Source of the DNA: Eubacteriales bacterium
Lineage (GTDB): Bacteria; Bacillota; Clostridia; Oscillospirales; CAG-272
Assembly: GCA_045636385.1 (NCBI GenBank)
Contig: JAZTXK010000055.1
Span: 13,764-77,763 of the forward strand
Length of the DNA stretch: 64,000 nt
Reading direction: 5' to 3'
Shown: one piece after another, positions 42,054 through 50,451 of the stretch
How positions within the stretch are numbered: the stretch's first letter is position 1
How the letters are laid out: every line of letters begins with the position of its first letter
Notes under the pieces: generated by a model
Database searches by the model: none
Told to the model about the DNA's origin: nothing
What the model saw: the letters and a program-made list of their open reading frames with translations, nothing else
Translations under genes and position numbers: made by a program

Positions 42054-42707
42054 ATGAACAGCTTTTGTATTATAGGACTTGGTAAGTTCGGCACCTCTCT
42101 GGCTAACGCGCTTGTGGCGAATGGCAAGCAGGTAATGGTCATTGATACCGATTCGGAAAAGGTGACCCTTATCGCCGACAGTGTGACCAACGCCGTTATC
42201 GGCGACGCGACGAATGTGAATTTGCTCAAAGCCTCGGGCGTTGCCGACTACGATTGCGCAGTTGTTTGTATGACCGAAAATATCAGCGATATTATTCTCG
42301 TCACGATCCAGCTCAAGGAGCTCGGCGTGAAGCACGTTATCTCCCGCGCGGTCAACGAGGGGCATAGAAAGGTCCTCTCCCACGTTGGCGCGGACGAGAT
42401 CACCTATCCCGAGCACGATATGGGCGAGCGACTTGCATTCAGGCTTTCGCATTCCACGATCACGGATTTCGTGCAGTTCAAGGGCTATAAGGTCGTTGAG
42501 ATCGTCGTTCCCGAATCCTGGGTCGGCAAGGACCTCATTACCCTTAATCTCCGCAAGAACTTCGGTGTTAACGTCATAGCCGTCAGATACTGCGACGGCA
42601 GACTTGACGTTTCTCCCTCGCCGACGCGCGAGTTCAATGCAGGCGAGATCGTTTCCATTGTCGGCGACGATCACGATATTGACAAAATGACCGAAAAGCT
42701 TAAGTGA
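42054..42707 (+). CDS. trkA: TrkA/KtrA NAD-binding regulatory subunit
   Basis: IIGLGKFGTSLA Rossmann motif; C-terminal RCK_C-like region. Confidence 0.88.
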   Translation: MNSFCIIGLGKFGTSLANALVANGKQVMVIDTDSEKVTLIADSVTNAVIGDATNVNLLKASGVADYDCAVVCMTENISDIILVTIQLKELGVKHVISRAVNEGHRKVLSHVGADEITYPEHDMGERLAFRLSHSTITDFVQFKGYKVVEIVVPESWVGKDLITLNLRKNFGVNVIAVRYCDGRLDVSPSPTREFNAGEIVSIVGDDHDIDKMTEKLK

Positions 42708-43116
42708 TAAGCTTGGTAAGCAGACTGCGTTCACCCGCGGTCTGCTTTTTTTCGCGCTCGCGGACGAAATCCCACACGCGGCGCACCTTTTCAAGGCGGC
42801 GGTAGACCGTCCTATCGTCGCAGTTTTCCTCCCAAGCCAATCTGCGTACGCGGAGGGTTATCTCGCCCGCGCGGAGGCGTTTGTTGGCGGTGGCGAAATA
42901 AATATCCTTGAGTGCGCGCAAAGCGAGCGTGTCGCCGTCAAGCTCGAGCAGGCGCAGGGTGTCAAACACGGCGATCATATCAAGTGCCGCCGCGTCGCCG
43001 CAAATTCCTCTGATACGGCAGAGCACCTGAAGAGCCGAATTGCAATTGCATAATGAAAGCCGCGCATAGCTTCGGAAGGCTTGCGCGGCTTTTTCTTTCA
43101 TAATATCCTTTTTCAC
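42700..43116 (-). CDS. Small hypothetical DNA-binding protein (sigma-70 region-4-like HTH at the C-terminus)
   Basis: ...CDDRTVYRRLEKVRRVW...; GTG at 43116 behind AAGGAAGAG (alternative ATG at 43101); own promoter. Confidence 0.45.
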   Translation of the reverse strand: MKKDIMKEKAAQAFRSYARLSLCNCNSALQVLCRIRGICGDAAALDMIAVFDTLRLLELDGDTLALRALKDIYFATANKRLRAGEITLRVRRLAWEENCDDRTVYRRLEKVRRVWDFVREREKKQTAGERSLLTKLIT

Positions 43117-43131
43117 GTTACTCTTCCTTGG

Positions 43132-43180
43132 TATAGAACAATTGTTCTATAATTATACCATACCGCAAAGAGTTTGTCAA
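43132..43180 (-). promoter_or_regulatory. Promoter plus 20-bp perfect palindrome at the transcription start
   Basis: On the minus strand, TTGACA (43180-75), 17-nt spacer, TATAAT (43157-52). TATAGAACAATTGTTCTATA (43151-43132) follows immediately. Confidence 0.7.
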
Positions 43181-43191
43181 GGCTTTGATAT

Positions 43192-44412
43192 TCAATTTTT
43201 GGGGAGCATACTGCCGTCGGCGATCGAGGCGAGGTCGCGCTCGTGAATGAAGCAGATCACGTACGAGGGATCGGTCTTGGTCATGACCTGCGTATTGAAA
43301 TCGAGGGCGTTTCTGTAAATGACCGTGCCGAAGGTGTTTGAGAAGTAGTCGATCATAATGATACGATCCCAATCGCTTGAGAACTGAACGGCAACGCGGG
43401 GTTGATCGAGGAGCTCGTCCTTATACTGCATTTTTGCGAACGCCATATCGTAAGTGTCATAGCGCAGAAGCACCTGGTATTTCTGAACGAAGTCGGTAGA
43501 AAGCGATACCGTACCGTTCTTGATTACGTTCTCGAGCGTTGCGGCGCGCGCAAGCTCCTTGCCCGTGGTCGAGTGGAGTACGAAATCGCTGTCGGTAAGG
43601 TGTATTTGTCTTATCTGCTTGTTCAATTCGCGGGGGAGCATATCGAGGACGGCAAGGTAGGCGTAATATGCGCCGCGGCTGTTGAGAGAGTCCTCGGTGT
43701 TGTTGTAAAGCTCACCATCGTCTTTGGCGCGCTTGAGCGCGTCGGTCAGGTCGAGAAAATTGGTCACTCCGCGTCGCGCGAGATACGCGCTGACGGATTT
43801 AAGTCGCGTTTCTTCACTGATGTTGCCCATATATCCGGGCATTCTTTCGTCATAGACCGTTTGCGAGTTCGGGATGATGACGAAGTAACACGCAGCTCCG
43901 AGCTTTTCGTATTCTTCGGTTATTTTGAGTACGGAGGTGTAGTATTGATTTAGTTCTTCGCTGTCAAGGTCGATCTCGCCGAGATAGTCGGCGACGTAAT
44001 TGTAATCGTTTGCCTCATCGTAGGTGGGGAAGAGAAATTCGTCCTGACCGAGAAGCACGCTGTCGGTGGGGAGCCGGCGGAAAAGATAGTAGTCAACGCG
44101 GACGATGTTTTTTCTGATGTTTTCTGACAGATAGAAGGTGTCTGCGAAATTCGAGAAAACGATGCTCGGATGCTCTTTTTCATCGTAGTATTTATCAACG
44201 AGCTTTTCTGAGCCGAGATAAGCCGACACGCCGAAGTTGACAAGGAAGGAGAGAAGGATGCCTATAAACAGCACTATGATGATGACTCCGAGAGCGCGCG
44301 CGTTTTTGCCCGAGGTCAAGATATATTCGATATTGCAGTCGGGGCGCAGATTGAAGCCGCCGTCGGTCTGTTCGTCCGCGGGGAGCGGGGCGTCAAAGCG
44401 ATTGTCGTTCAT
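43192..44412 (-). CDS. DHHW-family / AlgJ-AlgX-like SGNH O-acyltransferase partner, N-terminal TM anchor
   Basis: Follows the MBOAT gene; FLFPTYDE...YFVIIPNSQTVY... pattern. Confidence 0.65.
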   Translation of the reverse strand: MNDNRFDAPLPADEQTDGGFNLRPDCNIEYILTSGKNARALGVIIIVLFIGILLSFLVNFGVSAYLGSEKLVDKYYDEKEHPSIVFSNFADTFYLSENIRKNIVRVDYYLFRRLPTDSVLLGQDEFLFPTYDEANDYNYVADYLGEIDLDSEELNQYYTSVLKITEEYEKLGAACYFVIIPNSQTVYDERMPGYMGNISEETRLKSVSAYLARRGVTNFLDLTDALKRAKDDGELYNNTEDSLNSRGAYYAYLAVLDMLPRELNKQIRQIHLTDSDFVLHSTTGKELARAATLENVIKNGTVSLSTDFVQKYQVLLRYDTYDMAFAKMQYKDELLDQPRVAVQFSSDWDRIIMIDYFSNTFGTVIYRNALDFNTQVMTKTDPSYVICFIHERDLASIADGSMLPKN

Positions 44413-44487
44413 GGTATCCTCCTTTCAAGAGTTTAATTAATAATAAAATCCGCCGCCGGATATCCGATTTTTTAATTGGATCTGAAA

Positions 44488-45933
44488 TTAAAAGATTATA
44501 TCGCGGAAGGGCTCGGTTGCGAGAGCGGGGTATTGGGGCAGATAATAGTAGATGCAGAGAATGAAAACGCAGAGTATGAGCATTGACCAGCCCCATCGCC
44601 AATTTCCGCTTCGGATAAAGGGCGTTTGGCGCCTTTTTGAAAGCACACCGAATATGACGGGGAGCTGAACGAGCGCAATGAAGGCCAGCATCAGGGGCAT
44701 TTCAAGGTTGAACAGCGTTTGGTTGATAAGGTAATACTGAAGGGGCTTTCCGAGAGTGATATTTCCGAAGATGACGTCAAGGCTCGAGAGGTCGCGCGTT
44801 CTGATCAGCATCCAGAAAAGCGTTGCGAAAAGGAAGGTGCATATTCTGCCGAGCGGTCTTAAGATCTTCTTTTTCTCAAGCAAGGCGTTGACGTCGACGA
44901 ACTCGCCGACAATGGGCGGGATCAGCAGTATCGCTATCGCAGGCAGGACGCGCAATCCGATCTTGAACCACATCAGCATAACCAGCGCGCAGACGGCAGA
45001 GATAGCGGCGTTTGCGAACTTGCGGCGGCGAGGTGCGTAGCTTTCAAGAGGAAGGGCGGAGGTGAGAGGCTTGCGGATATAATCCCTGATCCATTCCCCG
45101 AGGCTCGCGAGGAAATTGCTTGCGTATTCCATCGGAGTCCGCGCGAGTATGCATACTCCGAAATCGGGCGCGAGTCTGATGCCGAGCATCGCGCAAAGGC
45201 CGCGTGCCATATCCGAGTAACCCGAAAATGCGAAATATACTGCGGCAAGCATAAGCGCGGCGAGGATGAGTCCGACGCCCACGCTGATCGGTTCCTCGGT
45301 GTAGTCGATCAGTCTTTTGACGACCGAGTCGTAGGAGGCATCGAAATATGATGCGATCGCCACGCGCTTGATAAATCCGCGCGCGAAGAGGATGATTCCC
45401 GATCCGACGCCCGCGGCGTTGAAATGGATATTTTCGGGTTCGAGCAATCGTCTGAAATCCTTATATTTGATCACAGGTCCCGCGATCATTACGGGAAAGA
45501 AGGTGATGTAGGTCAGCACGTCGAGAATGCTTCGCGGCATCGGAGCGTCGCCGCGGCGGATATCCATAATGCAGGAGAAGCAAGAGAGGAGATAGAAGGA
45601 CGCACCGATGGGAAGATAACGGCGAGCCGCCGCTTCGTCCGCCCATACGCCGAGATATCGAAGCACGGCAAGCACTCCGAACAGGACGCAGACGACGAAA
45701 ATGATGGAATATTTTTTCTTAACGCTGAAGACCGCGAAGGCGGCGCAGTAGGTAAAGACGGCGCAAAGCAGTATGAAGAGAAGAGAGGCGGGGGTTTCAA
45801 AGCACGCCAAAGCGTAAAACGCAAGGCTGAATGCGAGTATCGTGCGCTGGCGCAATTTCGTAGGCGTCAGCGTGTAGATGCCGAGCATCAGGGGTAAAAA
45901 AAGCAGCAGAAAAACAGGTGACGTGAATAACAT
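44488..45933 (-). CDS. MBOAT family O-acyltransferase (AlgI/DltB-like)
   Basis: MLFTSPVFLLLFLPL... polytopic protein with FPVMIAGPVIKY. Confidence 0.88.
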   Translation of the reverse strand: MLFTSPVFLLLFLPLMLGIYTLTPTKLRQRTILAFSLAFYALACFETPASLLFILLCAVFTYCAAFAVFSVKKKYSIIFVVCVLFGVLAVLRYLGVWADEAAARRYLPIGASFYLLSCFSCIMDIRRGDAPMPRSILDVLTYITFFPVMIAGPVIKYKDFRRLLEPENIHFNAAGVGSGIILFARGFIKRVAIASYFDASYDSVVKRLIDYTEEPISVGVGLILAALMLAAVYFAFSGYSDMARGLCAMLGIRLAPDFGVCILARTPMEYASNFLASLGEWIRDYIRKPLTSALPLESYAPRRRKFANAAISAVCALVMLMWFKIGLRVLPAIAILLIPPIVGEFVDVNALLEKKKILRPLGRICTFLFATLFWMLIRTRDLSSLDVIFGNITLGKPLQYYLINQTLFNLEMPLMLAFIALVQLPVIFGVLSKRRQTPFIRSGNWRWGWSMLILCVFILCIYYYLPQYPALATEPFRDIIF

Positions 45934-46092
45934 TTCCCAGGCCTCCTTTTCTGCTTGATATAGTTTAAGTAATATTTAATAATATAATACCACATTCCCG
46001 AGCATAATTCAAGTGCCGTGGCGAAAAAAGTCGATAGCGCGAATATTGTTGATAGTTTGTTAAGAATTTCATTAAATATTTTCCAAATTCCA

Positions 46093-46121
46093 TTGACAAA
46101 TGAGCAAAAGTAATGTATAAT
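46093..46121 (+). promoter_or_regulatory. Promoter of the GLUG-motif surface protein gene
   Basis: TTGACA, 17-nt spacer, TATAAT. Confidence 0.75.
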
Positions 46122-46159
46122 AACTTTAACTAAAATTAAATATGAAAGGAACACGCAAA

Positions 46160-47698
46160 ATGAAAAAAGCATTATCCCTTCTGCTGTTCACGGCTATGAT
46201 CGTCGCTTTGTTTGCATTCCCGACGAGCGCGGCTTGGGACGGCACGGCTTCCGCTTCCCTTAAGGGTGACGGAACTCAGGATTCCCCCTACCTCGTAGAG
46301 ACCGCTGAGGATCTCGCGTTCCTTGCAAAGTCCGTAAACGAGGGCAATACCTACGAGGGTAAGTACATTGTTCAGACTGCCGACATCGATCTCGGCGGTA
46401 AGGAATGGACTCCCATCGGTCATCAGAAGATCAACAGCGCTGAAACCGACGCTCCCTTCTCGGGTGTTTACAGCGGTCTCGGTCACAAGGTAACCGGTCT
46501 TTCGATCACCACCGTGAGAGATAACCACACAGGTCTTTTCGGATACGTAATGTCCGGAGAGGTTGAGGCGGGTATCGCAAATCTCACTGTTGAAGGTGCT
46601 ATTACCATGGACGGTGCTTCCGCATCCAACTTCGGTATCGGCGGTCTCGTCGGTTCGATCGGTAAGGACACCACATCCTTCAAGGCAAATCTCGTTGTTA
46701 TCAACTGCACCTCGAACGTAACCGTAACTCTTACCGGAACTACCGGTGAGCCCAGAGTCGGCGGCTTTGCCGGCTACGCATTCTACGCAAAGCTCGAAAA
46801 TTGCGTTAACAACAACGACGTCAAGGTTGAAACCAACAACCAGTCGAGAACCGCAGGTCTTGTTGGTCAGACCAACCGCTCGCACATCCTCGGATGCGTT
46901 AACAACGGTAACGTAACCACTGATATGGGCACCGCCGCAAAGGCAGGCCGCGCAGCAGGTATCGCTTCGGTTGTAACCCGTGGCGGCAGCAAGGGCGACG
47001 AGGCAACCGCTACCTACACCGTATTCGAGAACTGCATCAACAACGGTGCGATCTCGGGTAAGAACGGCAACAATATGTGGGTTGCAGGCATTGCCGCTGA
47101 CTTCTACGTAAACGCTTCCAACTGGGCGGGCAAGGATGCAAAGGTCAAGTTCATCAACTGCGTCAACAACGGCGCGATCGCTTCCGAAACCTCTAACGCT
47201 GCTAACTACCCGCACGCGGGCGGTATCGCAGGCTACACTCAGAACGGATACACCGACTTCGAGTTTATCGGCTGTGTAAACACCGCTGAGATCTCCAGCG
47301 TGGGCGGTAAGGAAGTTCGTGCGGGCGGTATCGTAGGCTCGGTTTACGCATCTGCTGCTGAGTACAAGTTCGATAAATGCATCGCAGTCGGCGAGCTCAA
47401 GTCCTCTTGCTTCTCCCTCGCAAATAAGGCAGACGCTCTTGCAACCTCCACCGCTAATGCTGACGCTGCTACCGTAGCTGCTGCAGTTAAGGCTGTTGAG
47501 GATCAGATCAAGACCTCCGACACCACCATTGCAGGCTTCGATGCCACCAAGGGCGCTCCCGCTCCCGAGGTTACCGAGCCTGAGGTAACCGAACCGGCAA
47601 CTCCTCCCACCACGGGTGACGCGTCCGTAATCTTCGTTATCATCGCAGTTATCTCCCTCGCAGGAGTAGCAATTATCTCGAAGAGAAGAGAAAACTGA
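46160..47698 (+). CDS. Cell-surface protein with GLUG-type repeats and a (S/P)PxTG-like sortase signal
   Basis: Signal peptide MKKALSLLLFTAMIVALFAFPTSA; recurring GGLVG / GGFAGY / AGLVG / GGIAGY / GGIVG motifs. C-terminus is PPTTGD, then a hydrophobic span, then KRREN. Confidence 0.65.
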   Translation: MKKALSLLLFTAMIVALFAFPTSAAWDGTASASLKGDGTQDSPYLVETAEDLAFLAKSVNEGNTYEGKYIVQTADIDLGGKEWTPIGHQKINSAETDAPFSGVYSGLGHKVTGLSITTVRDNHTGLFGYVMSGEVEAGIANLTVEGAITMDGASASNFGIGGLVGSIGKDTTSFKANLVVINCTSNVTVTLTGTTGEPRVGGFAGYAFYAKLENCVNNNDVKVETNNQSRTAGLVGQTNRSHILGCVNNGNVTTDMGTAAKAGRAAGIASVVTRGGSKGDEATATYTVFENCINNGAISGKNGNNMWVAGIAADFYVNASNWAGKDAKVKFINCVNNGAIASETSNAANYPHAGGIAGYTQNGYTDFEFIGCVNTAEISSVGGKEVRAGGIVGSVYASAAEYKFDKCIAVGELKSSCFSLANKADALATSTANADAATVAAAVKAVEDQIKTSDTTIAGFDATKGAPAPEVTEPEVTEPATPPTTGDASVIFVIIAVISLAGVAIISKRREN

Positions 47699-47768
47699 TA
47701 CCAATATCAAACAATAAAAACAGTGACACGCGGGTTGGCGCGTGAGGCCGTTTTTATGCCTTTGGATA

Positions 47769-48008
47769 TTACTTAACAATGTAAGTTTCGATCTCGGCAA
47801 AGAAGGGATCGGTGCTGTCGGTGTGAGCGGTGAGCTCGAGCTCTTCTCTGAGGTCGAGGCAGAACATACCCATAATCGACTTGCCGTCTACGGTGTATCT
47901 GCCGGACTTGAGTTCGACATCAAAATCATATTTGCCGGCAACAGCGACGAAATTGTAAAGATCAGCGATGGTTACAAGGCGGATCTTAACTACGGTAATG
48001 GATTCCAT
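47769..48008 (-). CDS. HPr-fold protein lacking the His15 phosphorylation site
   Basis: Aligns to HPr (GKYDFDVEL...VDGKSIMGM...), but the GIHARPA segment is replaced by TIADLYN. Confidence 0.7.
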   Translation of the reverse strand: MESITVVKIRLVTIADLYNFVAVAGKYDFDVELKSGRYTVDGKSIMGMFCLDLREELELTAHTDSTDPFFAEIETYIVK

Positions 48009-48256
48009 ATTGTGTACCTCCGTGGTAATTTATTTTACACTATTATTTTACCATTAACGATATAAAAAGTCAATGGCATAGCCGTTAATTCGGATAAAAT
48101 TCGGACGATTTTTTTCGACATTTTAATTTACCTTTTTATGCGGAATTTCGAGAATAGATGTGAATGATACTGATTTATTAGAAAATCATCGAAGTTAGAC
48201 ATAAATAGAACAAAATAAATAAGAAATAAATCAAATAAAAAAGCCGAAATTGGGTA

Positions 48257-48285
48257 TTGCAAAATCCGGAAAAATGGTGTATAAT
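48257..48285 (+). promoter_or_regulatory. Promoter of the topoisomerase B-subunit gene
   Basis: TTGCAA, 17-nt spacer, TATAAT with an extended TG. Confidence 0.7.
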
Positions 48286-48320
48286 ATTATATATACGAAT
48301 TATAATACAAGGATAATAAT

Positions 48321-50435
48321 ATGGCAGTAAAAAAGACAGAAACTAAAACGAAAAAAAGTGCCTCTGCCGAACCCGAAAAAAAGGCTAAGGCGAAGGCCAA
48401 AAGCACGGCTGCGGAAACGAAGAAAGTACCCGTCTCCGAAGATCCTGCGGCATATAACAACGACAGTATCGTTCTGCTCAAGGGAGCGGACAGAGTAAGA
48501 AAACGCCCGAGCGTTATATTCGGATCGGATAATATCGAGGGCTGTAAGCATTGTTTTTTTGAGATCCTTGCCAACGCGATCGACGAGTCGAACGCGGGCT
48601 ACGGACGCGAGATCAGAGTTTACGCGTATAACGATCACTCTATGAAGGTCGAGGATTTCGGCCGAGGCGTACCTCTCGGATATAATGAAAAAGAGGGAAG
48701 ATACAACTGGGAGCTCGTTTTCTGCGAGCTTTTTGCGGGCGGTAAGATGGACAATAATACCGACGAGGCGGTCTACAAATCCTCGCTCGGAACGAACGGT
48801 CTCGGTGCCTGCGCGACACAGTACGCCTCCTCTTTTATGACGGTCGATTCCTTTGACGGCAAGTACGTAAGCTCGATCAGATTTGAAAAGGGCGAGCCCG
48901 TGACAGAGCTTGAACGCTATGAGCTCGCGCCCTCTGACAGACGTACGGGAACGGTTATCCATTGGCGCCCCGACCTCGAGGTGTTCACCGATATCAATAT
49001 TCCCACCGACTATTTCAAGGAGGTCCTCCACCGTCAGGCGGCTATAAACTACGGCGTAAGATTCCTTCTTGAGATCGAGGGGGATGATGGCAAGGTCGAG
49101 AATTTTGAATATTTCTATTCCGCCGAGGACGGTCTTCGCGAGTATCTTTGCGAGCTTGCGGAGAACAAATTCCTGACCGAGCCGGTCTTCTGGCAGTCAA
49201 AAACACGCGGTAAGGATCGCGGCGACAGACAGGAATATCCGCTTGAAGCCGACTACGTTTTCTGCTTTACGCAGGCGCTTGGCGTTCAGGAATACTACCA
49301 CAACTCAAGCTACCTTGAGCACGGCGGCTCGCCCGATAAGGCTGTCCGCGCGGCTTTTGTCAGCGCGATCGACAAGTATCTGCGCGACATGGGTAAGTAC
49401 AGCAAGAACGAAACCAAGATAAATTATTCGGATATCGCCGACAGCCTTGTGCTCGTTATCTCGAGCCATTCGACAGTTGCGTCTTATGAAAATCAGACGA
49501 AAAAGGCGATCACCAACTCCTTCATTCAGGAGTCGATGACCGAGGTTCTGAAGGAAAATCTTGCCACCTATTTCACAGAGAAGCCCGCCGAGGCAGAGAA
49601 GATCGCGGCGCAAGTTTTGATCAACAAGCGAAGCCGTGAGAGCTCGCTCAAGAACCGTCTTGATATCAAAAAGAAGCTTTCCGCCGCGATGGACGTTTCC
49701 TATCGCGTCGAGAAATTCGTCGGCTGTCGCTCGAAGGATCCGTCGATCCGCGAGCTTTATATCGTTGAGGGAGACTCCGCGCTGACCTCCTGTAAGCTCG
49801 CCCGCGAGGCGGAATTCCAGGCGATCATTCCCGTTCGCGGTAAGACTCTCAACTGTATGAAGAGCGACTACAAGCAGATCTTCGCGAGTGAGATCATCGT
49901 TGACCTGCTTCGCGTTATCGGCTGCGGCGTCGAGCTTGACTCGAAGGCAAAGAAGCACAGCGATATGAGCGAGTTTGATCTTTCCGCGCTGCGTTGGTCC
50001 AAGATCATTATCTGTACCGATGCAGACGAGGACGGCTTCCAGATCAGAACTCTGCTCCTTACGATGTTCTACCGTCTGCTTCCGACTCTCATTGAGGAGG
50101 GCAAGATCTTCATCGCGGAAACTCCCCTCTACGAGATCACGACTAAGGACGACACCTACTTCGCCTACGACGAAAAGGAAAAAACCGAGATACTCAAAAA
50201 GATCGGTGACAAGAAATACACCCTCCAGCGTTCAAAGGGACTTGGTGAAAACGAGGCGGATATGATGTCGCGCACCACCATGAAGCCCGCAACGCGCAGA
50301 CTTATCGCCGTCAAGCCCGCAGATGCGGCGGCGACCGAGGAGATCTTTGACGTTCTTCTCGGAAACAATCTTGCGGGAAGAAAGACCTTTATCGCGGAAC
50401 ACGCGGGAGAATATATGAAGGACGTGGACGTCTGA
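48321..50435 (+). CDS. Type IIA DNA topoisomerase subunit B (ParE/GyrB family) with a Lys/Ala-rich N-terminal tail
   Basis: VRKRPSVIFGS...EILANAIDE (GHKL), TNGLG, Toprim EGDSA...DADEDG, KGLGE. No A-subunit gene is adjacent. Confidence 0.85.
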   Translation: MAVKKTETKTKKSASAEPEKKAKAKAKSTAAETKKVPVSEDPAAYNNDSIVLLKGADRVRKRPSVIFGSDNIEGCKHCFFEILANAIDESNAGYGREIRVYAYNDHSMKVEDFGRGVPLGYNEKEGRYNWELVFCELFAGGKMDNNTDEAVYKSSLGTNGLGACATQYASSFMTVDSFDGKYVSSIRFEKGEPVTELERYELAPSDRRTGTVIHWRPDLEVFTDINIPTDYFKEVLHRQAAINYGVRFLLEIEGDDGKVENFEYFYSAEDGLREYLCELAENKFLTEPVFWQSKTRGKDRGDRQEYPLEADYVFCFTQALGVQEYYHNSSYLEHGGSPDKAVRAAFVSAIDKYLRDMGKYSKNETKINYSDIADSLVLVISSHSTVASYENQTKKAITNSFIQESMTEVLKENLATYFTEKPAEAEKIAAQVLINKRSRESSLKNRLDIKKKLSAAMDVSYRVEKFVGCRSKDPSIRELYIVEGDSALTSCKLAREAEFQAIIPVRGKTLNCMKSDYKQIFASEIIVDLLRVIGCGVELDSKAKKHSDMSEFDLSALRWSKIIICTDADEDGFQIRTLLLTMFYRLLPTLIEEGKIFIAETPLYEITTKDDTYFAYDEKEKTEILKKIGDKKYTLQRSKGLGENEADMMSRTTMKPATRRLIAVKPADAAATEEIFDVLLGNNLAGRKTFIAEHAGEYMKDVDV

Positions 50436-50451
50436 CGAAAGGATAATTACA

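Noticed and set aside
43118-43372. 84-aa minus-strand ORF overlapping the end of the DHHW gene and the downstream promoter.
   Set aside because: It lies out of frame inside a well-supported CDS and spans the promoter/palindrome region. It has no RBS.
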